Positions 1-9,277 of a DNA stretch of 64,000 nt are shown piece after piece (position 1 is the first letter of the stretch; each line of letters opens with the position of its first letter). Both the position numbers and the translations under genes were made by a program. Source of the DNA: Phycisphaerales bacterium (GTDB lineage: Bacteria; Planctomycetota; Phycisphaerae; Phycisphaerales; SM1A02); NCBI GenBank assembly GCA_044233905.1, contig JBIIJH010000001.1:10442-74441 (forward strand), in the 5' to 3' direction. Below the pieces are notes generated by a model. The model was given only the letters and a program-made list of their open reading frames with translations. It was not told where the DNA came from and ran no database searches.

Positions 1-723
1 CTGGATCGGCTCGCCCTTCTTGACGGCCTCGGTCCGCTCGACCACACGCTCGGCGGTCCGCTTCTGCTCCTGCACGAGATCCTCGCGCATGGTCTGCATC
101 TGCTCGTCGAGCGCCACCAGCTCCTGCGCGCGCGCCCGCAGGTCCACGTCCACCTGCGCCTTCACCTTGGCAGCGATCTGCGTCTCGAGCGCCTTCGCCT
201 TGGCGGCGTCGCCGGCGGTCTGCGCCGCGCGGAACGCCTCGCCGAGCGTGCGCAGTTCCAGCTGGAGCCGCACGTCCTCGACGCGGATCGCGTAGAGCCC
301 GGGATTGCGATCCTTCAGCACGGCAAGCGCCACCAGGCGCCGCGCGCTCTGGCGCATCGCCTGCGACATGTCGTCGGGCGCAACGCTCCGCTTTTCCTCG
401 AGCTGCTTGGCAAGGTCGGGCGAGACGTCGCGCGCCACCGCAATCACGCGGTCGATCATCTCCTGCGGCATCGGGCCATCGGGCCGCCAGCGCATGCCGT
501 CGGTGCGGCGCTGCTCGCTGCCGGCGCCGGCGGCCTCGCCGGCCTGGCCCGCCACCTGCACGCGGGGCTGCCCCGGCGACTGGGCGGCCGCCTTCGCGTC
601 CGTGCCGTTCGCATCCTTCGCACCGCCTGCCGGAGCAGCCGCGGGCGCCGCGTTCTGCGGCATGGGCTCGCCGGCAACGCACACGGCACCGATCCCATGG
701 AGGGCGGCACACGCAACGATCAT
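1..723 (-). CDS. secreted coiled-coil protein (5' part; C-terminus lies outside the window), third gene of the ECF sigma/anti-sigma operon
   Basis: Hand translation of the minus strand from ATG at 723-721 gives MIVACAALHGIGAVCVAGEP (signal-peptide-like). An A/K/E/Q-rich helical sequence (..LQLELRTLGEAFRAAQTAGDAAKAKALETQIAAKVKAQVD..) follows and stays open to position 1. It is absent from the ORF track because no stop falls in the window. It lies 39 nt downstream of the anti-sigma gene. Confidence 0.5.
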   Translation of the reverse strand, partial: MIVACAALHGIGAVCVAGEPMPQNAAPAAAPAGGAKDANGTDAKAAAQSPGQPRVQVAGQAGEAAGAGSEQRRTDGMRWRPDGPMPQEMIDRVIAVARDVSPDLAKQLEEKRSVAPDDMSQAMRQSARRLVALAVLKDRNPGLYAIRVEDVRLQLELRTLGEAFRAAQTAGDAAKAKALETQIAAKVKAQVDVDLRARAQELVALDEQMQTMREDLVQEQKRTAERVVERTEAVKKGEPIQ

Positions 724-761
724 CCGGAGTGCAGTCGCGCGGAGCGCGTGGCGCGCGGCGT

Positions 762-1271
762 TCACCGCTTGCCTCCGGCCGCAAGCAGTTCGTCGAGCTC
801 GACGGTGACGTCGTCGACGGAGTGTCCGGACGTGAGGACGATGGCGCTCGCATCGAAGCTGCTGCCGCCCTCGGTGGACTTGAGCGCGGCGTCTGCATCG
901 ATGAGTGCCACGAGCAACGCCTCGGAACCTCCGACCGGCGCGATCTCGGCCGCACGCACCGAGACGAGCTCGGGCGCAGCGACGGACGGGCCGCGGCCAT
1001 TCATCATCAGGAACGCCGCAGTGGCACCGACGACCAACACCGCCGCCGCGGACATCGCCCAGCGGCGCACGGCGTGGAGCACCAACGGCGGCTGCGCACC
1101 GCGCAGGTCCGCCACGCTGGCGGCAAACACCCGGTCGGCCAGGCCCGCACGCTCCCGCGCGAGGTCCGCGCCGGACGCGTCGAGCCGCGCTGCGAGCGCA
1201 CGGAGTGCGTCGTCGGACAGGTGGTCGTCGGGGTGCTGCTGGTGCATGTCGTTCATCCTTGGGTCACTCAC
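762..1271 (-). CDS. putative anti-sigma factor (single-pass membrane protein)
   Basis: 169-aa ORF directly downstream of the ECF sigma gene. It has one hydrophobic helix (WAMSAAAVLVVGATAAFLMM). GTG start at 1271 is preceded by AGGAGG at about 8 nt. Confidence 0.6.
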   Translation of the reverse strand: MSDPRMNDMHQQHPDDHLSDDALRALAARLDASGADLARERAGLADRVFAASVADLRGAQPPLVLHAVRRWAMSAAAVLVVGATAAFLMMNGRGPSVAAPELVSVRAAEIAPVGGSEALLVALIDADAALKSTEGGSSFDASAIVLTSGHSVDDVTVELDELLAAGGKR

Positions 1272-1376
1272 GGCTCGTACCTCCTGCGAAACGCCCGTTT
1301 GCGGGCTTCGATTGCATGGCTTTTCTCCGGCACAGCCGGATAACCGGGCTTGCCGGCGGTTTCTTCGGACCGACCG

Positions 1377-1964
1377 TCATGGCCGACCATCCCGGCCCGG
1401 GGCATCCGCCGCCGGACCTTCCAGGATGGCGCGCAGCTTGGCCAGGGCCCGGTGATGGCGCGCCAGCAGGGTGCCCAAGGGCTCACCAAGGTGCTCGGCC
1501 ATCTGCTTGAAGCTCATTCCGCCCACGTGGCGGAGGTCGATGATCTCTCGGTCGGAGGCGGAAAGCTTGGCCACGGCGAGCTGCAGCGCAGAAAGCTCCT
1601 CCGCACTCGCGCGCCCGGCGGACCGATCCGGCGCCGCCCCCGCCAGGCCCTCCAGCACCTCGTTCTCGCCCGCCGGCTTCGCCTGGCGACGCTTGCGCCG
1701 GGCATCGTCCCGCAGGCGATTCATGGCAATGCGGAACAGCCAGCTCTCGAAGCGGCCGCCCTCCACGTACTCGGGCAGCTTGGCCGCCAGCGTGCAGAAG
1801 ACCGACTGCGTCACTTCCTCGGCCAGCTCCGGGTCGGCGCCCTGTGACCGCAGCAGGCCGTAGACCCGGCCGGAATACTCGCCGACGATCGCCCGCCACG
1901 CGGCTTCGTCGCCGCGCGCCGCGCGCGAAAGGACTTCGGGGGACGATGGGCCGTCCGCTTGCAT
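1377..1964 (-). CDS. ECF-type RNA polymerase sigma-70 family factor
   Basis: The last 195 aa of ORF 1377..2621 (MQADGPSSPEVLSRAARGDEAAWRAIVGEYSGRVYGLL..FESWLFRIAMNRLRDDARR..LSASDREIIDLRHVGGMSFKQMAEHLGEPLGTLLARHHRALAKLR) match ECF region 2 and region 4 patterns. ATG at 1964-1962 was verified in the sequence. Confidence 0.85.
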   Translation of the reverse strand: MQADGPSSPEVLSRAARGDEAAWRAIVGEYSGRVYGLLRSQGADPELAEEVTQSVFCTLAAKLPEYVEGGRFESWLFRIAMNRLRDDARRKRRQAKPAGENEVLEGLAGAAPDRSAGRASAEELSALQLAVAKLSASDREIIDLRHVGGMSFKQMAEHLGEPLGTLLARHHRALAKLRAILEGPAADAPGRDGRP

Positions 1965-2011
1965 GCCGGCGGGTGAACGCGGCTCCCGCCCTTCCCTTGC
2001 ATCACGTCCGC

Positions 2012-3535
2012 TCACGCGGGGATGTCCCCGTACTCGGCCACCGCCTCGGAACGGCCGACGTACTCGACGCCGCGCGCCATTCCCTGCGCCGCCAGGTTGC
2101 GGAATGCCGTGGAACTGCTGTCCCACATGAGTTCCACCGTGCCCGTCGGGCCGTTTCGCTGCTTGGCCACGATCACCTCCGCCACGTTGGCGCGGTTGGG
2201 GTTGGCCTCGAGCCAGTTGGGATCCTGCTTGTGGTAGTAGGCCTCGCGGTGGAGCATCATCACCACGTCGGCGTCCTGCTCGATGGAGCCCGACTCGCGG
2301 AGGTCGCTCATGCGCGGCCGATGGCCTTCGCGGCCTTCCGCCTGGCGGTTGAGCTGGCTCAGGCAGATGACCGGGACATCCAGCTCGCGCGCCATGGCCT
2401 TGACGCCGCGGGAGATCTCGCTCACCTCCACCTGGCGGCTCTCGACGCGCGTGCCCGAGCTCATGAGCTGCAGGTAGTCGATGACGATGGCGTCGATGTT
2501 GAACTTCTCCTTCAGGCGGCGCGCCTTGGAGCGCATCTGGAGGAGCGTCATGCCCGGGGAGTCGTCGATGTAGATCGGCGCGGACGAGAGGCTCTCGCAG
2601 GCACCCATGATCCGCTGCCATTCCTCGCGCGACAGCATGTTCTTGCGCAGCTTCTGGCCGTCCACGCCGCCCTTGGCGCAGAGGATGCGCTGCACCAGCT
2701 GCTGCTTGCCCATTTCCAGGCTGAAGAACGCAACGCCGTTGGAGGCCGCCGCCATGTTCTCGGTGATGTTCAGCGCGAACGCGGTCTTGCCCATCGAGGG
2801 ACGCGCCGCGAGGATCACCATCTCGCCCTTCTGCAGGCCGCTCAGCATCTCGTCGAGCTCGTCGAAGCCGGTGGGCACGCCGGTGACGTGCTTGCCCTCG
2901 TTGCGCTCGAGCGTGCGGATGGTCTCGTCCAGGATGTCGCGCAGCGCGGACGCGGCGCGCGCCTCGCGGCGCTGCGCGATCGCGAAGATCCGCGCCTCGG
3001 CCTCGCCGAGCGTGAGCACCGGGTCCTGGCGCGACTGGTGCGCATCCACCAGGATCTCGCCGGCCGCGCGGATGAGTTCGCGCAGCGTGGCCTTCTCGCG
3101 GACGATCCGCGCGTATTCCGGCGCGTTGGCTGCGGTGGCGACGCCTTCCGCAAGATCCATCAGGTACGCGGAACCGCCCACGTCGTCGAGGACGCCGTGG
3201 TCCTTCAGGCGCTGCACCAGCGAGACGATCTCCACCGTCGCGGTGGTGTCGTAGAGCGACACCATGTGCTGGAAGATGGTGGCGTGCCCGGCCTTGGCGA
3301 AGTCGTCGGGCTGGCTCACGATGCCGATGACGTCGGAGATCACCTTGGGATCGACGATCATCGCGCCCAGCAGGCTCATCTCCGCCTCGGGGGCGGCAGG
3401 CGGGAGCGCCGAGAAGAGGCGCGCCACCTCGGCGGGATCGGCCACCGTGCGACGCACGGCATCGCGCCGGCGGTTGGAGCGGTCACCCGGGCGGGCGGCA
3501 TCGCCGCGACCGTTCGACCCTGTCTGCTCTTCCAT
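2012..3535 (-). CDS. dnaB: replicative DNA helicase DnaB
   Basis: 507 aa with the DnaB N-terminal domain (MSLLGAMIVDPKVISDVIG), Walker A (AARPSMGKTAFALN) and RecA-like C-terminal motifs (IVIDYLQLM, SQLNRQAE). Confidence 0.95.
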   Translation of the reverse strand: MEEQTGSNGRGDAARPGDRSNRRRDAVRRTVADPAEVARLFSALPPAAPEAEMSLLGAMIVDPKVISDVIGIVSQPDDFAKAGHATIFQHMVSLYDTTATVEIVSLVQRLKDHGVLDDVGGSAYLMDLAEGVATAANAPEYARIVREKATLRELIRAAGEILVDAHQSRQDPVLTLGEAEARIFAIAQRREARAASALRDILDETIRTLERNEGKHVTGVPTGFDELDEMLSGLQKGEMVILAARPSMGKTAFALNITENMAAASNGVAFFSLEMGKQQLVQRILCAKGGVDGQKLRKNMLSREEWQRIMGACESLSSAPIYIDDSPGMTLLQMRSKARRLKEKFNIDAIVIDYLQLMSSGTRVESRQVEVSEISRGVKAMARELDVPVICLSQLNRQAEGREGHRPRMSDLRESGSIEQDADVVMMLHREAYYHKQDPNWLEANPNRANVAEVIVAKQRNGPTGTVELMWDSSSTAFRNLAAQGMARGVEYVGRSEAVAEYGDIPA

Positions 3536-3606
3536 GGCTCTGCTGCTCCTGTCGGGAACCGGGTCCCGCGTCGCGCAAACGCCTCACGCGCGCAACGTGC
3601 GTTCGA

Positions 3607-3936
3607 TCACTCTTCGCCGCCGGCAGCGCCGACCAGCTGCGGCACGGTGGAGCCGCTGTCCACGCACTGCTTCATCAGGCGTCCCACGCGGAAGCGCGCG
3701 GTGCGCTTGGCGGGAACGGTGACGCGCTCGAGGGTCTTGGGGTTCTGCGCAACGCGCTCGGCGCGCTCACGCACGTCGAAGACGCCGAAGTCGCGGAACT
3801 CCAGGCGGTTGCCCTTGCCCAGCTCGTTGATGATCTCGTCGAGGAACCCCTGGACCACGCGACGCACGTCCTGACGCTTGAGCCCGGACTGCTCGGCGAT
3901 GCGCTCGATCAGTTCCTTCTTGGTGACGGTCGACAT
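3607..3936 (-). CDS. HU/IHF family DNA-binding protein
   Basis: 109 aa: MSTVTKKELIERIAEQSGLKRQDVRRVVQGFLDEIINELGKGNRLEFRDFGVFDVRERAERVAQNPKTLERVTVPAKRTARFRVGRLMK. This is the typical HU/IHF fold signature. AGGAGG lies 6 nt upstream of the ATG at 3936. Confidence 0.85.
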   Translation of the reverse strand: MSTVTKKELIERIAEQSGLKRQDVRRVVQGFLDEIINELGKGNRLEFRDFGVFDVRERAERVAQNPKTLERVTVPAKRTARFRVGRLMKQCVDSGSTVPQLVGAAGGEE

Positions 3937-3991
3937 GGGTGCCTCCTGGTCTGCGTTGGAGCGGGCAATCAGCGCCCGCGTCGTGGGGTGC

Positions 3992-4020
3992 AGTATGGAA
4001 ACGACCGCGGGTCCAGTCAA
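3992..4020 (-). promoter_or_regulatory. candidate sigma-70-type promoter for the HU/IHF gene
   Basis: The minus strand reads TTGACT-N17-CATACT, about 55 nt upstream of the start codon. It shares the TTTCCA pre -10 element with the rpsO candidate promoter. Confidence 0.35.
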
Positions 4021-4117
4021 GCAACGAATGGCGCAAGTGCGCAGATTGCAACGGTTTGTAGTCGCGGAGTTGACAGGCTGTCCCCCGAACGTGCGCCGGG
4101 GCGCGAATAACACCCTG

Positions 4118-5143
4118 TCAGTTCCCCCGAGAAACGGCTCCGGCTCCCAACCGCCCAAGCGCGTGCCGCACGAGGGCCTCGCCATCGAGGAAGTCGATCC
4201 CCGCCCGAACCACCAACCATTCCACCCCCGGCGGATCGAGGAACAGCCGCCCGAACTTCGCCCAGTCCTTCCCCGAGCAGAGGACCGCTGCGTCCTTCTG
4301 GCGCGCGCGCACCACGATGCGCTGCACGTCGGCGGCAGTGAACGCGTGATGGTCGCGGAAGCGGATGTCGTCCGCGATGCGCGCGCCGTGCGCGATCGCA
4401 TCGGCAACGAAGGCGTCCGGATGCGCAAGCGCCGTCGCCACCACCACGCGCTTTCCGGCCAGCGCCGACAACGGCATGTCATGCCCACCCGCACCGTGGC
4501 GCTCGATGCGCGTCCATGCGTGACGCGTCCACGCAACGGGCGGCCGGCCATGCAGCATCTCGATGGACTTCGCAAGCGCCGGGTCAACGCGGTCGGCACG
4601 GGTCACCACCACCATGCCCGCGCGCCGCAGCGCGGAAGCGGGTTCGCGCAGCCAACCCGCCGGCAGCAGCGCGCCGTCGATCGCCGGACGCGTGGCATCC
4701 ACCAGCACGATGTCGAGGTCGCGCGCGATGCGCCGATGCTGAAATCCATCGTCAAGCACCACGCAATCGATGCGCGGATCCTCTGCCCGTGCCTGCGCGA
4801 TCGAGGCCACGCGGTCGGCACCCACGGCAAGCGGCACGCCCGGGAGCATCGCGCGGTATTCCTCGGCTTCGTCGGAGATCCCATCGCGCGCGCCGTAGCC
4901 GCGGAGCGCGATCGCAGGCCGATGCCCCGTGGAAACCAGCGCCTCCGCACACCAGCGCACGAACGGGGTCTTGCCCGTGCCTCCCACCGACACGTTGCCG
5001 ACGCTGATCACCGGGACGCCGACGCGCTCCGCCGTCCGCATGTCCCACATCGCATTGCGCGCGCGCACGCCCACGCCGTAGGCGAGTGCCGCAACGTGCG
5101 CCAGCGGCGCAAGTGCCGGATGCAGGGGACCGGAGGCAGTCAT
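4118..5143 (-). CDS. lpxK: tetraacyldisaccharide 4'-kinase LpxK
   Basis: P-loop VISVGNVSVGGTGKTPFV and LpxK-like overall length (341 aa) when started at MTASGPLH (ATG 5143). The longer ORF to 5284 is judged a high-GC extension. Confidence 0.85.
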   Translation of the reverse strand: MTASGPLHPALAPLAHVAALAYGVGVRARNAMWDMRTAERVGVPVISVGNVSVGGTGKTPFVRWCAEALVSTGHRPAIALRGYGARDGISDEAEEYRAMLPGVPLAVGADRVASIAQARAEDPRIDCVVLDDGFQHRRIARDLDIVLVDATRPAIDGALLPAGWLREPASALRRAGMVVVTRADRVDPALAKSIEMLHGRPPVAWTRHAWTRIERHGAGGHDMPLSALAGKRVVVATALAHPDAFVADAIAHGARIADDIRFRDHHAFTAADVQRIVVRARQKDAAVLCSGKDWAKFGRLFLDPPGVEWLVVRAGIDFLDGEALVRHALGRLGAGAVSRGN

Positions 5144-5745
5144 GCGCCACGCCCCTCCGAAAGGAGCGGGAGCACGAGCCGCGAGGGAAGCCCCATCACG
5201 GTCTCCGGATCGCCGTCGCAACGCAGCGGCCATCCGGCGGCCACGCAGTCGGAATAGTTGTAGCCCCCTGCCTTGCCGCGCCACGCGTCGGCGTCCAGGT
5301 GGCGGACGAGCGCTTCGGGATCCAGCGCACCCAGCGACACGGTCGCGGAATCGGCGAAGATGCTCCGCGCCCCCGAGACCCGGTCAACGAGGCACACGCC
5401 GGTGACCACGTCATGCGAGCGGGATTCGAACGAACGGATCATGCGCTCGGCCGATTCACAATCGGCGGGTTTTCCGATCACCTTACCCTCGCAAACGCAC
5501 ATCGTGTCCGCGGCCAGCACCCAGGGCGGGCCCCCGCTCCCGAAGCGCGCGATCGCTTCCGCCAGCACCTGCCGCGCCTTGAACCATGCCAGGCTCATCA
5601 CGTAGCGGCCCGGATCGCTGCCGTCCGCCGGCGCGTCCGCATCGTCGATGGATGGCACCAGCACCGTGAACCCGATGCCCGCCGCAGCGAGGATCTGTGC
5701 GCGGCGCGGCGACCCACTTGCAAGGATGACGTGCGATTCGGGCAT
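5140..5745 (-). CDS. maf: Maf-like nucleoside triphosphate pyrophosphatase (septum formation protein family)
   Basis: 201 aa: MPESHVILASGSPRRAQILAAAGIGF..WRGKAGGYNYSD. The stop overlaps the lpxK start by 4 nt (ATGA). Confidence 0.85.
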   Translation of the reverse strand: MPESHVILASGSPRRAQILAAAGIGFTVLVPSIDDADAPADGSDPGRYVMSLAWFKARQVLAEAIARFGSGGPPWVLAADTMCVCEGKVIGKPADCESAERMIRSFESRSHDVVTGVCLVDRVSGARSIFADSATVSLGALDPEALVRHLDADAWRGKAGGYNYSDCVAAGWPLRCDGDPETVMGLPSRLVLPLLSEGRGA

Positions 5746-5820
5746 GCAGCCGCGCGGTGCGCGCGGCGGGGCGAGTATAGTTCCGCGCCCGACCACTCCC
5801 GGGACGGCCGACGCACCACG

Positions 5821-7191
5821 ATGCCCGATCCAGCGCCAAACCCGAACGATTCCCGCGGTGCCACCGACCGCGCGAGGCTCGGCACCACCATGGCCGGCGC
5901 CAGCGCGCGGCACTCGGTGGAGACGCTGATCGGCCGCGCCGCCGTCGAGCGCGGCATGGCCACGCGCGAGCAGGTGCTGTCCGCGTTCGAGGTGCTGAAG
6001 GCGTTCCCGAAGGAAGAGCGGGCCGCGAACTTCGTGCAGGTGTTCGTGCAGCGCGGCGTCCTGAGCGCCGAGCAGATCGAGCAGCTCCGCGGCTGGGTCT
6101 CGGAGGACGAGTCCCCGTCGGCGAAGTCCGGCTCGGGCATGGCCGCACCGACCGTGTCCTCGGCGCAGATGATCCCCGGCTACGAGATCATCAAGAAGCT
6201 CGGCGCGGGCGCCATGGGAACCGTGGTCCTGGCCAAGCAGCTCAGCCTCGACCGGATGGTGGCCATCAAGCTCCTTCCCAAGAAGTTCGCGAGCGACGCG
6301 CAGTACATCGACCGCTTCTACAAGGAAGGCCGCGCCGCGGCGCGCCTCAACGATCCGAACATCGTCGGCGCGTACGACGTCGGCCAGGCCCCGGGCGGCG
6401 AGTACTTCTTCGTCATGGAGTTCATCGACGGCGACACCGTCTTCGACCGCATCCAGGTGAAGCGGCGCATCCCCGAGCGCGAGGCGATCCACATCGCGCG
6501 CCAGGCCGCGAGCGCCCTCAAGCACGCGCACGCGAAGGGCTTCATCCACCGCGACGTGAAGCCGAAGAACCTGATGATCAACAAGGGCGGCGTGGTCAAG
6601 CTCGCCGACCTCGGACTTGCACGGGCGGGCGGCGACACTGCGGCCGCCAGCGAGGAAAAGGGCAAGATCTTCGGCACTCCGTACTACATCTCGCCGGAGC
6701 AGATCCGCGCCCGGGACGTCACGCCCGCCACCGACATCTACGGGCTGGGCGCCACGCTCTACCACATGGTCACCGGCCGCGTCCCCTTCGACGGCACCGC
6801 CCCGAAGGAAGTGATGCAGAAGCACCTGCGCGATGCGCTGGTGCCGCCCGACCAGATCGCCACCGACCTCTCCGGCGGACTCTCGATGATCATCGAGATG
6901 ATGATGGCGAAGGATCCGCGCGAGCGCTACCACTCCGCGGACGACCTGATCGAGGACCTCGACCACGTTGCCGAAGGCGAATCACCGGTGCACGCGCGCC
7001 CCAAGTTCGATCCCCCCGCCGCGGGCGGGATGGACGGCCTCGGAGGTCCCGCGGACGGGGAGGTTGCGATCGCCTCGGTGTCGCGCGCACCCAGCCCGTG
7101 GTCGACGACCATGGGGATCGTCATCCTCGCGCTGCTGGGCATGAGCGTGGTGGCGAACCTCGTGATGGTCATGATGCTGGCGCGGCGCTGA
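5821..7191 (+). CDS. Ser/Thr protein kinase with a C-terminal membrane anchor
   Basis: Hanks kinase motifs are present: GAGAMGTV, VAIKLL, HRDVKPKNL, DLGLAR, GTPYYISPEQ. The C-terminal TM helix is MGIVILALLGMSVVANLVMVMML. ATG at 5821 (alternative 5890). The ORF-track start at 5086 overlaps maf/lpxK and is rejected. Confidence 0.85.
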   Translation: MPDPAPNPNDSRGATDRARLGTTMAGASARHSVETLIGRAAVERGMATREQVLSAFEVLKAFPKEERAANFVQVFVQRGVLSAEQIEQLRGWVSEDESPSAKSGSGMAAPTVSSAQMIPGYEIIKKLGAGAMGTVVLAKQLSLDRMVAIKLLPKKFASDAQYIDRFYKEGRAAARLNDPNIVGAYDVGQAPGGEYFFVMEFIDGDTVFDRIQVKRRIPEREAIHIARQAASALKHAHAKGFIHRDVKPKNLMINKGGVVKLADLGLARAGGDTAAASEEKGKIFGTPYYISPEQIRARDVTPATDIYGLGATLYHMVTGRVPFDGTAPKEVMQKHLRDALVPPDQIATDLSGGLSMIIEMMMAKDPRERYHSADDLIEDLDHVAEGESPVHARPKFDPPAAGGMDGLGGPADGEVAIASVSRAPSPWSTTMGIVILALLGMSVVANLVMVMMLARR

Positions 7192-7215
7192 CCGCGCCGC
7201 TCCGCCTCGCGCAAC

Positions 7216-7677
7216 TCAGCGCACTTCCACAAGCAATTCGATCTCGACGCTCGCGCCGAGCGGCAGCGCGTTCGTGCCGACGGCCGCGCGGGCATGGCGC
7301 CCAGCCTCGCCGAAGAGCTGCTGCAGGAGCTCGCTTCCGCCGTTGGCGACCTTCGGCTGGTCGGTCCAGCCGTTGTCGGACTGGATGAAGGCGCCCACGC
7401 GCACCACGCGCACCACGCGCGAGAAGTCGCCGCCGATCTGGTCACCGAGCACCGCCAGGCCGTTGAGGACGCACTGGCGGGCCGCCGCCTGGGCCGCCTC
7501 GAACGAGCACACGGAGGGAACCGGCCCGGTGGCCATGAGCTGGCCGTCCTTCATCGGGAGCTGGCCCGAGATGTAGACGAGGTTCCCCGAGCGGACGGCC
7601 GGCACGTAGGCGGCCACGGGCTTGGGGGCGGGCGGGAGGGTCAGGCCGAGCGCCGAGAGCTGCTGTTCGAAGGTCAT
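7216..7677 (-). CDS. RidA/YjgF/TdcF family reactive-intermediate deaminase
   Basis: 153 aa with the family pattern (..VRSGNLVYISGQLP..ARAAVGTNALPLGASVEIELLVEV). Confidence 0.85.
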   Translation of the reverse strand: MTFEQQLSALGLTLPPAPKPVAAYVPAVRSGNLVYISGQLPMKDGQLMATGPVPSVCSFEAAQAAARQCVLNGLAVLGDQIGGDFSRVVRVVRVGAFIQSDNGWTDQPKVANGGSELLQQLFGEAGRHARAAVGTNALPLGASVEIELLVEVR

Positions 7678-8303
7678 GTCCGCATCGTAAGGAGGGGCAC
7701 GCCTCGCCGGGGGCCCTTCCGTTATTGGATGTCGGAGTGAAGAATTTCAGGGAATCGGCACCGGCAGGCGCCACCCATGGAACCGCGCGGCCCGTATCTT
7801 TCTCTTGGACACGCAGCGCGATTGCGCCGCCTGCCCGACATCCCGACGCGCCTGGAGCCACACGTGCCCCGGCTCACCACTCGATGCGGCATCCCCCGCG
7901 TCCTGCCACGCAGGACGGTCCCAGATGGGACTTCACGGAACATGAACTGATGCCATTCCTTCGCCGCATCACTGGTACCCGGCACACCCGGAACCCCGCG
8001 GACGCCCCGTCCTGACCGACGACGACGCCCGCCCCCGAAGGCCCAGATGCCCGTGCAGTCTGCCGACTGCCGCCCCACGCACGCCGTCGGGCGTGCAACG
8101 GTCGTCGTTCACAGCACCCGGCATCCCCCATGCGCACCGCAATCTGCCTTGCAGATGCCCCGCGGGCATCGGCGCTCCAACGCCGACACCCCCGGGACAT
8201 CACGAAGGGTGGCCCACGGGCCACCGGCGAAGTTCACAAAGCCCGCGCGTGCGGGCCGCCGAGACCGAGAAGCCGTGCTCACTGCTACAGGAGAGACTGA
8301 CCC

Positions 8304-9239
8304 ATGAAGAAGCGTGCATTTACGCTGGTCGAGCTGCTGGTGGTCGTTGCCATCATCGCCCTGCTCGTCGGCCTGCTGCTGCCGGCGCTGGCCAAGGCCC
8401 AGCAGACCGCCAAGACCGTCAAGGACTCGAACCAGATCAAGCAGATCCACACCGCCATGGTGGGTCGCGCCAACGAGACCAAGGGCAAGATGCCCACCCC
8501 CGGCCTGATCAACCGCCTGTCCTACAACGGCCAGCAGATCCCCGGCGAGGGCGAAGAGGACTTCGCGCAGAACAGGACGCAGAACCTGTACTCGGCGTGC
8601 GTCGCGCAGCAGCTCTTCAACACCGACATCCTGATCGGCGCAACCGAGGTCAACCAGGTCGTCAAGCCGTACACCAACTACAACTACGCGGCCTACCGCC
8701 CGGCCACGGACGTCTACTGGGATCCGAACATGAAGGCCAAGATCGACGCCGCCCCCGGCGCCGACGAGTGCCACACGAGCTACGCGCACCAGATCCTCTG
8801 CGGCCTCCGCAAGTCCCAGCACTGGCGCAACAACCTCGACTCGACACGCCCGCACTTCGCGACGCGCGGCGTCAAGAACGGCGTTGTCACCGGTGACGAC
8901 TACGAGCAGAGCCCGACGCTCCGCCTCCACGGTCCCGGGAAGACCTGGGAAGGCAACGTCTGCTTCGGCGACACCCACATGGAGTTCGTCGAGACCTTCC
9001 GCCCGGACGGCGTGTTCTACGAGTGCGGCACCTTCAACGGCGGCAACCTGACGAAGGACAACCTCTTCCAGTGCGGCGGCACCACCCCGGCTGAGTTCAC
9101 CGGCAACGGCTGCGTCGACGTCAACGCGACGAACGCTCCGCAGCCGTGGGCCGGCGGCGACGCCATGCTCGGCATCCACCCCAACACCCCGACGAAGTGG
9201 ATCGCCATCCCGGTGTACGACCGGCGTGACGACCAGTGA
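8304..9239 (+). CDS. DUF1559 (H-X9-DG type) protein with prepilin-type N-terminal cleavage/methylation domain
   Basis: MKKRAFTLVELLVVVAIIALLVGLLLPALAKAQQTAKTVKDSNQIKQIHTAM, plus a C-terminal ..VCFGDTHMEFV.. motif typical of the PVC DUF1559 family. Confidence 0.8.
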   Translation: MKKRAFTLVELLVVVAIIALLVGLLLPALAKAQQTAKTVKDSNQIKQIHTAMVGRANETKGKMPTPGLINRLSYNGQQIPGEGEEDFAQNRTQNLYSACVAQQLFNTDILIGATEVNQVVKPYTNYNYAAYRPATDVYWDPNMKAKIDAAPGADECHTSYAHQILCGLRKSQHWRNNLDSTRPHFATRGVKNGVVTGDDYEQSPTLRLHGPGKTWEGNVCFGDTHMEFVETFRPDGVFYECGTFNGGNLTKDNLFQCGGTTPAEFTGNGCVDVNATNAPQPWAGGDAMLGIHPNTPTKWIAIPVYDRRDDQ

Positions 9240-9277
9240 TCCCAGATCAACGGCACCAACACGAAGGAAACCACCAT

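Noticed and set aside
1965-2011. ECF-type autoregulatory promoter (GGAAC-N16-17-CGT) immediately upstream of the ECF sigma gene.
   Set aside because: The only GGAAG..CGTT pair has an 11-nt spacer and sits too close to the start codon. Any real promoter must lie within the dnaB 3' end, and I could not identify it.
2012-3535. Possible intein or insertion in DnaB, given the Arg-rich N-terminal extension.
   Set aside because: The length (507 aa) is normal. The helicase motifs are contiguous and there are no intein splice-junction blocks. The extra roughly 50 N-terminal residues are just a low-complexity leader, or the true start is further downstream.
1844-3874. 676-aa plus-strand ORF opposite dnaB. 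Similar very long antisense ORFs: 19604..22021(-) opposite pnp, 32346..35501(-) opposite gspE/gspF, 53105..55315(+) opposite ppk, 48615..50840(+), 44848..46647(-), 39862..41565(-), 12143..13939(-), 14219..16045(-), 25362..27248(+).
   Set aside because: These are shadow ORFs typical of high-GC DNA. Their translations are Arg/Ala/Gly/His-rich with no recognisable motifs. The opposite strand in each case encodes a clearly conserved protein with GC3-biased codons.
3607-4599. N-terminal extensions of track ORFs: 330 aa for the HU/IHF gene, 1377..2621 for the ECF sigma, 5140..6966 for maf, 55282..57003 for queD, 16753..17730 for rdgB, 5086..7191 and 55378..57111 for plus-strand genes.
   Set aside because: The conserved domain begins at an internal ATG, often with a Shine-Dalgarno sequence. 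The upstream parts overlap neighbouring real genes and are Arg/Pro/Gly-rich noise.
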